NCBI GenBank assembly: GCA_964016885.1
Contig: OZ024753.1
Location: 42,718,001 to 42,782,000, forward strand
DNA length: 64,000 nt
Reading direction: 5' to 3'
Origin: Eledone cirrhosa
Taxonomy: Eukaryota
The notes under the pieces were generated by a model. It made no database searches. It worked only from the letters and a program-made list of their open reading frames with translations, and had not been told where the DNA came from. The position numbers and the translations under genes are program-made. Shown here one piece after another: positions 33,508 through 46,401 of this stretch (its first letter is position 1; each line of letters starts with the position of its first letter).

Positions 33508-34033
33508 TTCTTTTATTTTACCTGTTCCATTCTTGATACACTCGACTCGCAATAAATACTTCGTACCACTTTACTTTCGAGCCGTTTGTGAGTGTTGAGA
33601 TTCTAATCATTAATTTTACTGCGATAATGATGTAAGCCAAAATATCTACTAACTAAACACAATACTTATCTGAACGTGGCTGCCATATTGGATTCTTGTA
33701 GCGTCGTAGATGTGTGTGTACGCGCGACAACATTACTTGCAAATCCATTCATTGTCTTGCGCGAATATCTGTATTTATTATATGGCGAATAATTGTTCAC
33801 ATAAGAATATTATGCATATTTATCAGACACTATTGTGTAATATAGAACAGTGACAATCAGTAGATATATTCGTTGGTGAATCCCATTACGCAAATTAATA
33901 GTTAGAGAGAAGTGTACATAGTTTACCTTATTTAAGGAGAGAGTTGTTGCAATAGCTGAGTGAGTGGAGTATGTAATTGATAGGAGGTTTTGTGAGAATA
34001 TATATAGATGTGTGTATATATATATATATATAT

Positions 34034-34116
<83 letters not shown>

Positions 34117-34390
34117 TTGGAAGGAGTGTTGAAGAGGGAAGGAAAGAAAATAGAAGGATCAATATCACCAAATAGAAATATGAAGTAACAGGCAATCTTA
34201 GCAAAATATATATTTGCTAATATGTAAGCTAAGTTGTTTGAACGTGGTATTACATACAAATGATTTCATTCAATTAAACAATCGATATACTATGTGAGAC
34301 AACACCGTACATTTGGTATCTGTGCTAGTAAGACTTTCATAGAAATAGGGAAAGGTCTTTCTCAGATTATATATATATATATATATATAT

Positions 34391-34579
34391 AAATGGCTTC
34401 TACAGGACTAGAACTGTTTCATTCGGGAGAAATCATCGGGCTTCTTGATGATTTCTCCTGAATGAAACATTTCTAGTCCTCTAGAAACCATTTCTAAATT
34501 AAATATTTATACTCTGCTATGTATTGAGTACCCTACTTACTGTGGTTACCCCCGATTAAACCCGGTATAAACCTATCTT
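34391..34579 (+). mobile_element. Hammerhead family A element with 47-bp inverted duplication (34391-34493) and 3' tail
   Basis: Arms 34391-34437 and 34447-34493. The tail tattgagtac..ctgtggttacccccg is also present inverted at 1121-1186. Confidence 0.8.
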
Positions 34580-34599
34580 GTGTGTGTGTGTGTGGGGGG

Positions 34600-35050
34600 G
34601 GGGGGGGGCTGAACACGGTCGATTTCTTCCGGGGAGAGAGTGAGAAAGAGTGAGAAAGAGGTGGAAGAATCGACTCCCATTGCTTTGCAGATATTTTATT
34701 TATCAATCTCTCAAGGATGACATAGGCGGCCTATTGGCAGAGTCGTTAAAATGTCACACAGATGCTTTGTGGTATACGTCTCGAATCTCTTCTCTCTGAG
34801 TTCAAATCCTGTCGAGGTCAACTTTGCTTTTTATCCTTTGAAGGTCAATAAAATAGTGCCTTTCTAGTACTGAGGTTGATTCTTCCTCTATATCTCTTTC
34901 TTACTTCCTTTATGTCACGCTCCCTAGCTTTTTTCTGGAAGAAACGTGCTGCATTCAGACATGAAGAGAAGGTGGGCTCCACCAGGTTTTAAAATGTTCT
35001 AGAAATGTCGCATGCCACCAGGGCACCGCTACCACTCCACCAGGAGTCAT
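34600..35050. mobile_element. Head-to-head pair of an older SINE subfamily with CT-rich/ctggaagaaa tail
   Basis: The + copy from 34725 has A/B boxes (tggcagagtcg, gagttcaaatcc). Its tail is similar to 9300-9405 and 460-485. Confidence 0.65.
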
Positions 35051-35055
35051 GGGAC

Positions 35056-35270
35056 CATACTATACCACACCACACCACACCATACCATCCCACACCACAC
35101 TATACCACACCACACCACACTATACCACACCACACCACACTATACCACACCACACCACACCACACCACACCACACCACACCACACCACACCACACCACAC
35201 CACACCACACCACACCACACCACACCACACCACACCACACCACACCACACCACACCACACCATACCATCC
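35056..35270. repeat. (CCACA)n pentanucleotide repeat
   Basis: Direct reading. Confidence 0.95.
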
Positions 35271-35782
35271 TACATAGTATAATTACTATATTGCTATTGT
35301 ATAAAATTCAAAATTTAATTTAACAAATTAAATTGCAACTTCAACATTTACTGGAATTCGTTAAATTTTTCATCGATGTGATGTAGATTACGTTTCATAG
35401 ATGGCGTTGTTGCATAGAATGAAATAAGCTCCAGGCTACGCCAAGTCCGTCGTTGTAACCTAGTTTCGATTGTAGTTGTAGAGAATTCAAAACTCCCCTT
35501 AACTCAATGATACCCCTTAGGCAAGGTATCCACGACTTATGTAGCTATTCTTCTAAAGATCACATACTGGTGACATTTGCGAAACACACACATTGGTTAG
35601 GAAGTGCTTTGAATGTACTTCGAAGAGGATCGCAGAATTAGGATTCGCTCACAATGAGAAAATTCCGTTTCTAAATGTAATTTAATTAACATACAAGAAT
35701 AAAACACGTAAAAATATGCATAAATGTCCATATGTACCTTTAACACCTTCAATAAACCATTGAGAATATGTTACACATAATA

Positions 35783-35969
35783 TAATTGTTTCTACTTTAG
35801 GCACAAGGCCAGCAAATTACCCAGTTCATTACTGGTACTTTATTTTATCGACCCCGTAAGGATGAAAGGCAAAGTCAACCTCGGCGGGATTTGAACTCAG
35901 ATCGTAAAGGGACGTAACTATGCTGGAAAGCATGGCGTCCGACCCCCTACTGATACTGCCAATCCACCG
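35783..35969 (-). mobile_element. Full-length SINE
   Basis: Reverse complement of 9088-9276. Confidence 0.9.
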
Positions 35970-36129
35970 ATTGTTACAAATAATATAATAATGACTGGTT
36001 CTCCGTCGGTCAGGACGACGAGTGTTGCAGTTGATACAATCAAACAAGTAGTAGAGAGGGTTAGTACAGCCATGTATTGATTTGTAATACCTTCAATAAA
36101 TGATTGAGTGTATGTTAGAAATAATGTAA

Positions 36130-36321
36130 TAATTGTTTCTACTATTGGCACAAGGCCAGCAATCATCCCAGTACATTACTGGTACTTTATTTTATCGACA
36201 CCGAAAGGATGAAAGGCAAAGTCAACCTCGACGGGATTTGAACTCAGACCGTAAAGGACCGTAACTCTATGCTGCAAAGCATAGCGTCCGACCCTCTACC
36301 GATACTGCCAATCCACCGCCC
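36130..36321 (-). mobile_element. Full-length SINE
   Basis: Reverse complement of 9088-9276. Confidence 0.9.
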
Positions 36322-36374
36322 TGTAATAATGACTGGTACGCCGTCGGTTACGATAACGAGTTGCAATTGATACA

Positions 36375-36940
36375 TGGTGGTTGGTGGTGGGTGGTGGTGA
36401 ATGGTGATGGTGGTGGGGAGGATGGTAGTGAGTGATGGTAGATGGTGGTGGTGGTGGTGGTAGATGATGGTGGTGGTGGTGGTGGTAGATAATAGATGGT
36501 CGTGGATTGTGGTGGTGTTGGATGGTAGTGGGTGATGGTGGTGGTGTTAGAAGGTGGTGGGTGATGGTAGATGGTGGTGGTGGTGGTAGATGATGGTGGT
36601 GGTGGTGGTGGTAGTGGTGGTAGATGATGGTGGTGGTGGTAGTGGTGGTAGATGATGGTGGTGGTGGTGGTAGTGGTGGTAGATGATGGTGGTGGTGGTG
36701 GTAGTAGATGGTGGTGGTGGTGGTGGTAGTGGTGGTAGATGATGGTGGTGGTGGTGGTGGTAGATGATGGTAGATGGTGGTGGTGGTGGTGGTAGATGAT
36801 GGTGGTGGTGGTGGTGGTGGTGGTAGATAATAGATGGTCGTGGATTGTGGTGGTGTTGGATGGTAGTGGGTGATGGTGGTGGTGTTAGAAGGTGGTGGGT
36901 GATGGTAGATGGTGGTGGTGGTGGTGGTGTTAGAAGATGG
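36375..36940. repeat. (GGT)n-rich tract with internal ~100-bp duplication
   Basis: gtagataatagatggtcgtggattgtggtggtgttggatgg occurs at about 36485 and 36823. Confidence 0.9.
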
Positions 36941-37050
36941 CGAATGGCTGCAGACATCTTTTTTTATGATCATTGAGAATATTTTAATAGCTAAAACGAA
37001 CAACGTAAACTGTTTCAGTGGGTTAGTGAGTGTAAAACTGAAATCTAGAG

Positions 37051-37052
<2 letters not shown>

Positions 37053-37084
<32 letters not shown>

Positions 37085-37247
37085 TGTATGTATGTATGCA
37101 TGCATGCATGTATATATGATTGTGTGTGTATATGTGTATGTAATGCCTGTATGTATGTGTATAATGTACGTATGTACACATATGTGTGTATGTATGCATG
37201 TATATGTATGCACGTAGGGACCTATATATATTTATATATGTATGTAA

Positions 37248-37287
<40 letters not shown>

Positions 37288-37708
37288 GTATGTATGTGTA
37301 TATATATATACGTATGTATGTGTATATATATATACGTATGTATGTGTATATATATATACGTATGTATGTGTATATATATATATATGTATGTGTATATATA
37401 TATATATGTATGTGTATATATATATACGTATGTATGTGTATATATATATACGTATGTATGTGTATATATATATATATGTATGTGTATATATATATACGTA
37501 TGTATGTGTATATATATATACGTATGTATGTGTATATATATATATATATGTATGTGTATATATATATACGTATGTATGTGTATATATATATACGTATGTA
37601 TGTGTATATATATATATACGTATGTGTATATATATATATACGTATGTGTATATATATATATATGTATGTGTATATATATATATACGTATGTGTATATATA
37701 TATATATG

Positions 37709-37749
<41 letters not shown>

Positions 37750-37782
37750 ATATATATGTATGTATGTGTATATATATATGTG

Positions 37783-37817
<35 letters not shown>

Positions 37818-38150
37818 GTATATATATATATATGTACGTATATATGTATGTATGTATGTATGTACGTATGTATATATATATATGTACGTATATATGTATG
37901 TATGTATGTATGTACGTATGTGTATATATGTATGTATGTACGTATGTGTATATATGTATGTATGTACGTATGTGTATATATGTATGTATGTACGTATGTG
38001 TATATATGTATGTATGTACGTATGTGTGTATATGTATGTATGTACGTATGTGTGTATATGTATGTATGTACGTATGTGTGTATATGTATGTATGTACGTA
38101 TGTGTGTATATGTATGTATGTACGTATGTGTATATATGTATGTATGTACG

Positions 38151-38194
<44 letters not shown>

Positions 38195-38195
38195 A
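37053..38195. repeat. Compound (TA)/(TATG) array with CG interruptions
   Basis: Direct reading. Confidence 0.95.
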
Positions 38196-39007
38196 TACAT
38201 TAAAGGAAAGCGATAATCACCAACGTGCAGGCAAGTTATTTATACTCATAATCAATTGAAATACTGATATATAATTTGAGTCGAAAGTTCGATGTCGAAT
38301 TGCTGCTGTAATTATAGTATTTCTTCTTTTTCGTGGGTGGTGGTGCAGGTTGGAGAGGCTGACAAAGAGATGTGCCGTAATATGCATTTTTGCTTCATTA
38401 CAGTACTCATACTTTACTAATAAAACAAAGACTCTCTTATTTATAATCTTCATCCTCCCCATCAGTGAAGGAAATTCAAAGAAAAAAACCGCGCTACTTG
38501 TAAAAATGAAGCAAAAACAATTACAATAAAAAAAAACCCAGATCGAATATGAATTTTTTTTTTTCATTTTTTTTTTTCATTTTTTTTTTGTTTTTTTTTT
38601 CGTTTATTTTTTGTTTGTTTTTTCTTCTTTTTATCTGTAGAAAAGAATATTCAGTTAATCTTAGTTTTAATATATTTTTTCCATTTCGTTCGAGAATTGT
38701 TGAGAGATGTTGGGACTTAAGTACGAGACTGCCCTTTTCTCATTTCAACGTTTTATTCCAAATTTCTTTCTACCAATTTCAAGTATATGTCTTTCTTGTC
38801 TCTCTCTCTCTCTTCTTTTTCTTCTTTTTCTTGTAATTTGCATCACCTTCTCTCTCTCTCCCCCCTCTCTATCGTTATTTCTATCTATCTGTCTATCTAT
38901 CTATCTCTCCATCTCTATTTCTTTCATCAATCATTATATTTGTCTCTCCCCCTCTCTCTCTCCGTCTCTCTCTCCTTATTTCTATATATCTATCGTTATT
39001 TATATCT

Positions 39008-39180
39008 ATCGGTAGAGGGTCCGACACTATGCTTTGACGTATAGAGTTACGCCCCTTGCCATTCTGAGTTCAAATCCCGCCGAGGTTAACTTTGCCTTTC
39101 ATCCTTACGGGGTCGATAAAATAAAGTACCAGTAATGTACTGGGTAATTGCTGGCCTTGTGCCAAAGAAGAAACAATTAT
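39008..39180 (+). mobile_element. SINE, slightly 5'-truncated, with TSD ttatttatatctatc
   Basis: Similarity to 9088-9276; direct repeat on both sides. Confidence 0.9.
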
Positions 39181-39252
39181 TTATATCTATCTATCTATCT
39201 CTCTCTCCATCTCTATTTCTCTCATCAATCATTATATTTGTCTCTTTCATCC

Positions 39253-39302
<50 letters not shown>

Positions 39303-39941
39303 GATCTCTTCATTTTTCTGTATTTCGCCAACCCCCTCTCCTCCCTCCTCATCGATCTCTCTAACTTCTACCCCCCCCCCCCCACACCTCTCTATCTATC
39401 TCTCTCTATCTCTCTCTCTTATTGATCTTTATATCTCCCGCTATCCTCCTTTACAACTTAACTATCGATTCGTTAGAAACTTTGCCAAAACCAACATAAT
39501 AGTGATAGCTGGGGTGGCGAGGTGGGGGTGGCGAGGGGAGCTGGGGTCGGGGGGGGGGGGATCGGGCTGGGGTGGAACAAAAACGCAAAACAAAACGCCT
39601 ACCTAAAAAAAAAAAGAACGTATAAAACAAAAGAATACAACAACAACAACAACAACAACATCCGAAGCGCTTTTTAGCTGATGAAATGTGTGATTTTAAT
39701 AGTATCTTCTTTAGAAGAAGGCGAAGAAGAAGAAGGAAAAATGAAAAAAAGAGACAATAATAATAATAATAATAGGAAGAGCGAAAGTTATTCCTGTGGC
39801 GTTTGGCCTCTGAATGAATTGATGAACCACGAAGAAAGATCAAGAGAACTCACGATCAAACCATTTTTATATATTCCACACGTCTATTTAGTCTATTATA
39901 TCTACTAGATGTATATATATATATATATTTGTATACACACA

Positions 39942-39982
<41 letters not shown>

Positions 39983-41316
39983 ATATATATGCATGCATGC
40001 ATGCATACATACAAGCATATGTATAAACCACTCTCTCGCTATGTATATATAGAGAGAGATAGATAGATAGATCGTGTTATTTTAAAATAATTACAATATG
40101 ACACAAATTTGACTCCTTTGATTGTTTAGTTTTTTTTTGTTTCATTGGTTATCATCATTATTATTATTATTATTATTATTATTTTCTTTTTCTTATTTAT
40201 GATAAAGGTGGTGATGTGTTTTATTTTTTAATACTGTTGTATTGTTGTGTGTGTTAAGTGGGACCGAGGTGTGTGGTGAGGTGCTGTTCGTTTTTAATCC
40301 CAGACAGTTGTCACCGTCAACATGATTTGTAGACACATCACATTAAACCGGCCGCCGCCGCCTGTCAATAAAGTTTAAACTGTTTATATGTTTATAATAA
40401 TATTGGCTTTATACCAGTTCTCTAGGGCAATTCATACACATTTACAGATGGTACCCTCTTACCCCCCTCTCACTCCCCATCCCATACCCCTCTCACTCCC
40501 CATCCCACACACCCTCTCGTTCCCTCTCTCATCCCTCTCTCACTCTCCTCTCTCACTAGGGAACAAATACTAAGAGAATGGCGGTGAGGTGGAGGGAATT
40601 CGTTAATATAATGTATTGTCAAATAAATAAAAAAAAACGGCCTAAATGTCTGTTTTACTAAATTGTTTTTGAAACTATTTGACGCGAAGAAAAAAAATAG
40701 CAAAGAAGCAAAACAAAACAAAAAAAAAAGACAAAAAAAAAAAAAACACTGAAAAATGGGAGAGAAAACTGGAACAGCCTTGAAATTTAATGAAATCATT
40801 GTTAGTTTCTCTGCATACATCTGTGTATAGTTTTAGTCAACCAAATGTAACCTACAACGCAACATTGGTCAACTTGATGCTATAGTCTACTATAGCCTCA
40901 AGACACTTACTAGAAGGTGCCGCATATTGTTGGTGAAACGAACTCTTTAATAACATAGGCAAGGGCCTTGTTTCAAGGGGTTACCAAGCGACAAGTCTCC
41001 CACCCCCACCCCTCACACACACTTTTTCAAACGTCTATATTTTATTTTTCTTTATTTGATATTATAAATACTTTTTAGCTTATTTTTTTATCTGAACTTC
41101 ATTTCAATATATAAAATTTAATTAGCGTAAAATTTTACTTATGTGATAGGGTCCGGGAAAAGCACAATAAGCAATTATGCTCCTTTAAGGATCAACAAAT
41201 CTTGGTTTGACCCCCTCACATTTTAAAGGCAAACGAGGTCTATATTTATTTATATATATATATATAAATACACACACACACACACACATTATGTACTATA
41301 TCATGTGTGTAGTTTA

Positions 41317-41355
<39 letters not shown>

Positions 41356-41357
<2 letters not shown>

Positions 41358-41565
41358 AATTAAAATACTAGAGTGTGTTGGAGTTAAACACCCTCTTCGT
41401 ATTATAGAAATGACAGTAAAAGTATAGCTCAATGTAATTAAACAGAGCGGAAGTTTTTGGCTTGTATTGGCCGATAGTGCTTCTTATAGCTTTAATTGCC
41501 CTGATGAGTCCTTAATAGGACGAAACATTGTTGGCTAATAAAGACTTTTGATTTATTTTCATAAT
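41356..41565 (+). mobile_element. ~210-bp insert in (TA)n carrying a canonical minimal hammerhead (Penelope pLTR/retrozyme-like)
   Basis: Unique sequence bounded by (TA)n on both sides, with the hammerhead near its 3' end. Confidence 0.7.
41490..41543 (+). ncRNA. Type I hammerhead ribozyme, family B (canonical core)
   Basis: ctttaattgcc-CUGAUGA-gtcct taat aggac-GAA-AC att GU-U^ggctaataaag. Confidence 0.88.
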
Positions 41566-41585
41566 ATATATATATATATATTTTC

Positions 41586-41626
<41 letters not shown>

Positions 41627-41679
41627 CATACACATTATGCAGTATATCTTATATATATACACCACACATTATGCAGTAT

Positions 41680-41714
<35 letters not shown>

Positions 41715-41857
41715 TGTGTGTAATATATCATATTTCGGGGGCGGTGGAACTGGCGAGGCCAGTAGAGAGATAGGGTCAGTTAGGCTGTGTGACTTGCTAC
41801 TGAGTATACAAACAGCGTATCTTAAGGGCCAATCTTCCCCGTGGTCCTGGCCGTATG

Positions 41858-41940
41858 TATAAAACCAAGTTTCAGCAATACGCCTAGGTTTCTACCTTAG
41901 GTGCTGGCTAGTTAACCTTGAGGCGTATTGCTGAAACTGG

Positions 41941-41948
<8 letters not shown>
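41858..41948. repeat. 28-bp-arm inverted repeat next to (TA)n
   Basis: tataaaaccaagtttcagcaatacgcct / aggcgtattgctgaaactgggttttata. Confidence 0.8.
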
Positions 41949-41987
<39 letters not shown>

Positions 41988-42254
41988 CATAGATTCAGAA
42001 TTATTTTCTGCAATCAATAAATTATATCCCGAGGCAAGGCATCGAAAATTCGTTCATCTTATTCTCCTAAAACTTCCAGACTGTTGACATTTGCGACCCA
42101 CATTTATTGGGTAGTAAAGGCTATAGGAGGTCTTCTGAAGAGGATTATCAATGATTGAGATTCGCTCACAATGAGAATATTTGATTTGGTTTCAATTCTC
42201 AGTTGTAGCTAATTTACTTCACATTCGATACCAAAATATGCTATATACCTAGGT

Positions 42255-43198
42255 ACACATTATAGAGGCAACCTAGGGTGTTAAATACACAGCTACACAT
42301 TGTAGAGCTAACCTAGGGTGTTAAATACACAGCTGCACATTGTAGAGCTAACCTAGAGTGTTAAATACACAGCTGCACATTGTAGAGCTAACCTGGAGTG
42401 TTAAATACACAGCTGCACATTGTAGAGCTAACTTAGAGTGTTAAATACACAGCTACACATTGTAGAGCTAACCTAGGGTGTTAAATACACAGCTGCACAT
42501 TGTAGAGCTAACCTAGGGTGTTAAATACACAGCTACACATTGTAGAGCTAACCTAGGGTGTTAAAAACACAGCTGCACATTGTAGAGCTAACCTAGGGTG
42601 TTAAATACTAGGCTGCACATTGTAGAGCTAACCTGGAGTGTTAAATACACAGCTGCACATTGTAGAGCTAACCTAGGGTGTTAAATACACAGCTGCACAT
42701 TGTAGAGCTAACCTAGAGTGTTAAATACACAGCTACACATTGTAGAGCTAACCTAGAGTGTTAAATACACAGCTGCACATTGTAGAGCTAACCTAGGGTG
42801 TTAAATACACAGCTACACATTGTAGAGCTAACCTAGAGTGTTAAATACACAGCTGCACATTGTAGAGCTAACCTAGAGTGTTAAATACACAGCTACACAT
42901 TGTAGAGCTAACCTAGGGTGTTAAATACACAGCTACACATTGTTGAGCTAACCTAGAGTGTTAAATACACAGCTGCACATTGTAGAGCTAACCTAGGGTG
43001 TTAAATACACAGCTACACATTGTTGAGCTAACCTAGAGTGTTAAATACACAGCTGCACATTGTAGAGCTAACCTAGGGTGTTAAATACACAGCTACACAT
43101 TGTTGAGCTAGCCTAGAGTGTTAAATACACAGCTGCACATTGTAGAGCTAACCTAGGGTGTTAAATACACAGCTACACATTGTTGAGCTAGCCTAGGG
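42255..43198. repeat. 40-bp minisatellite (~23 copies)
   Basis: Unit (a/g)cacattgtagagctaaccta(g/a)-gtgttaaatacacagct with few variant positions. Confidence 0.97.
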
Positions 43199-43532
43199 CT
43201 CTAAATCTCCAGACGCCGGGCCTGGATAGATACAATAGCAAAATAGGTAAAGAGAAGGGGTTGTACTATTGAAGGGCATTCGTAGGAACGTTACCTTGTA
43301 GTATTTGTGAGACCAGGAATCTATATTTGTTGATGGACGATCAATGATTATTTTAACGTGCTCTTGATTTCTGCTGGTGTGGTTCTTAATCTAATTTTGC
43401 GCAGTAAGTTTACATTTTGTTTCAAACATTAAATGCGCTTACGTGGTAAACGGTTGTTAACAGACATTAAAACACCCATAAAATGTTTAATATAACAATT
43501 ACAAATGCTTCTTCGAGCCAGAGTATATATAA

Positions 43533-43645
<113 letters not shown>

Positions 43646-44125
43646 ATGGCAGAAAGTTTTGTGCATTTCTAAAATTTAAAAACCTGGAAACGATGTAGAC
43701 AGTTTTCTTACGTAGTCTTCCACCCATAAGAATGCTAAATTTGATTTAAAGAAACATTATTTTAGTAGTGAAGCAATTAAAGAAATGAGGTATGGTGCAG
43801 GAAGCAAAGGTGATTATAACTTAATGCATTGAATAACATGAGGGAATTTTACAATGAAATCAATAAATCTTTCTCCACCTTTTGAGTTAATATTTATCCT
43901 TGCCAACCTTACATTACGGCCAGATAATCTACGTTGATAGTCGCATGGTATTTTTGATTACAAATGTCAGCTTTCAAGATTGCCCATTTTCTATTAAGTG
44001 AAGTTTTGCTGGCTTGCACATAATCCCCGGGTGATATGTTTTGCAGGAAAGCCATTAACGGGAGGAAATTTAAGTAATGCTAATGCTTATGCAACGATGA
44101 AATCAGATGATGTTAATAATAAGAA

Positions 44126-44320
44126 TAATTGTTTCTACTTTAGGCACAAGGCCAGCAATTTTGGGGGAGGGGAAAGTCGATTAAATCGACCCCAGTGTCT
44201 GACTGGTATTTTATTTTATCGACGCGTTAAGGATGAAAGGCAAAGCTAACCTCGGCCGGATTTGAACTCTGTTCGTGAAAGGCCGTAACTCCACGCTGCA
44301 ATACTGCCAATCCACTGTCC
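44126..44320 (-). mobile_element. SINE (long form, small internal deletion)
   Basis: Similarity to 24277-24439. Confidence 0.85.
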
Positions 44321-44833
44321 TCTATTTGTTTAGATATATTAAAAGAGAAACCAACTATGTTACCGTTTTACAGAGAATCAGTAGATGTATAAATATTTCC
44401 AAGGCTGTTGTAAGGAAGAACGTAGGTGTGGAATAATTATACATTTATTGAATTTTCCCTCTTAGTTGGAGAAAGATAGCCAAAAAAATTCAGCGCTGTT
44501 GTACATCTTCTGCAATTCCTTGTCTTTCTATCTCTCAGCAATGTTTCTCTCATCTACCAAAACCAGACTCACTTATGTTCTATCCAGTCTTCTCACTCCA
44601 ATAAATCTTATCACAATACGTTCTTTGAAATCCTAGACGATGTCTTAAAAATAATTTAATCTGAATGATTAATCAATGATTCAAATATTACATTTTATGG
44701 AACTACAGCTTACCTTTTAGATGAAAGACTTAATCATGTTTGACTTAATATTACTGCCGTATATTATATATAAACCACAGCAGAAACATCATGTCTGACT
44801 TAATATTACTGACGTATATTATATATAAACCAT

Positions 44834-45021
44834 GGCGGTGGATTGGCAGTATCGGTAGAGAGTCGGACGCCATGTTTTCCAGCATAATTACGTCCCTTTA
44901 CGGACTGAGTTCAAATCCCGCCGAGGTTAACTTTGCCTTTCATCCTTACGGGGTCGATAAAATAAAGTACCAGTAATGTACTGGGTAATTGCTGGCCTTG
45001 TGCCAAAAAGTAGAAACAATT
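44834..45021 (+). mobile_element. Full-length SINE with TSD atataaacca
   Basis: Similarity to 9088-9276; direct repeat flanks. Confidence 0.9.
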
Positions 45022-45096
45022 AGATATAAACCACAACATAAACATAAGCACATAGATTAAGAAAACTACATGTTTATCAACTTGTATGTATATCTA

Positions 45097-45225
45097 AGAC
45101 ATTCTTCCGTCTTAGACATTCTTCCGTCTTAGACATTCTTCCGTCTTAGACATTCTTCCGTCTTAGACATTCTTCCGACTTAGACATTCTTCCGTCTTAG
45201 ACATTCTTCCGTCTTAGACAATCTT
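45097..45225. repeat. 17-bp minisatellite (~7 copies)
   Basis: Unit agacattcttccgtctt. Confidence 0.95.
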
Positions 45226-45231
45226 CGAGCT

Positions 45232-45388
45232 CAGAGTTTTCCAAACTTTCAAACGCGGAACCCTTTTTGGTTCAGAAACTTCTAGGGGAACCCCAAAAGT
45301 TATATTGTCGTAATATAAATATACCCCTTTACGTTTTTTTCACGGAATCCCAGACACCCCTTTGCGGAACCCACTTTGGTAACCACTG
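45232..45388. mobile_element. Old hAT (Charlie-like) MITE
   Basis: Ends cagagttttccaaa / tttggtaaccactg, repeated subterminal cggaaccc motifs, imperfect 8-bp TSD ttcgagct/ttctagcc. Confidence 0.6.
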
Positions 45389-45892
45389 TTCTAGCCTATA
45401 TACACGAAGCAAGAGTCTGTGTGTGTGACAGCTCACACCTATGCAGGTTTAGCTGGCCCCCTCCAAGGTATATCTCGTTGGAGTTGTCTTCAGTAATTTA
45501 ATGATAGGGACCCCAGTCCTATCATTTCATTTCTACAGCCGAGTAAACTGGAGCAACGTGAAATAAAGTGTCTTGCTCAAGGGGCGAGGAAGAGAGATCA
45601 GTTTATTCCATTTCCAACAACATGCTGCACTGCTACACGGATATTTGGGTGGGCTTCTTTTTACACGGTAGAACCATTTCAATTTCTTTTTTCACGTGGA
45701 TATGTATCAGTGACTAGGTTACAAATAGCGCGACGAAGGTTCTGGCACCAAGAAATATATGATAGGTGTAAAGTGAAGTTAAACAGGTTTTATGTGAATA
45801 AAATGACATCTCCACGATGTAACTGCTTTAGTTTCAACACGGCCTCAGATCAAATCATTTGTCAGACATGTACAACTCCGATATATATATAT

Positions 45893-46039
45893 AGAAGAGG
45901 AAGACCGAGGTTAACATATGTTGATGTCCTAAGGACAGACTCTGGTCTCTTGGAGAGGCAGGACATGGCAGCGATAATGAGGGACAGAGACCGCTGGAAA
46001 GAACTTGTCCATGAATATCGAGAATTTTACCCGCCCTAG
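45893..46039 (+). pseudogene. C-terminal fragment of an RTE-like LINE ORF
   Basis: RRGRPRLTYVDVLRTD...MRDRDRWKELV* matches the RGRP...DR..W C-terminal signature of RTE-group elements; begins directly after (TA)n. Confidence 0.7.
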
Positions 46040-46332
46040 ACATATAATTATTTAAAATAGAAATGGTTTCTACAGGATTAAAACTGTTTCAGAACTGTCG
46101 TTACCTCCCGATTTTACTCGAGATCTCTTTCTCTCTCTCTCCCTCTTCCTCTCTCTCCCTCTCTCTCTCTCTCTCTCTCCCCCCTCTCTCTCTCTCGCCT
46201 GCTTTCTCCCCCTCCCTGCTTTCTCTCTCTCTCTTTCTCTCTTTATCTCTCTCTCGCTCTCTCTCTCTCCCCCTCCCCCTCTATCCCCCTCTCTCTCCCT
46301 CCATCTCTCTCGCTCTCTCTCTCTCTCCCTTG

Positions 46333-46401
<69 letters not shown>

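Noticed and set aside
42255-43198. CRISPR-like regular 40-bp array
   Set aside because: No unique spacers; a plain tandem repeat.
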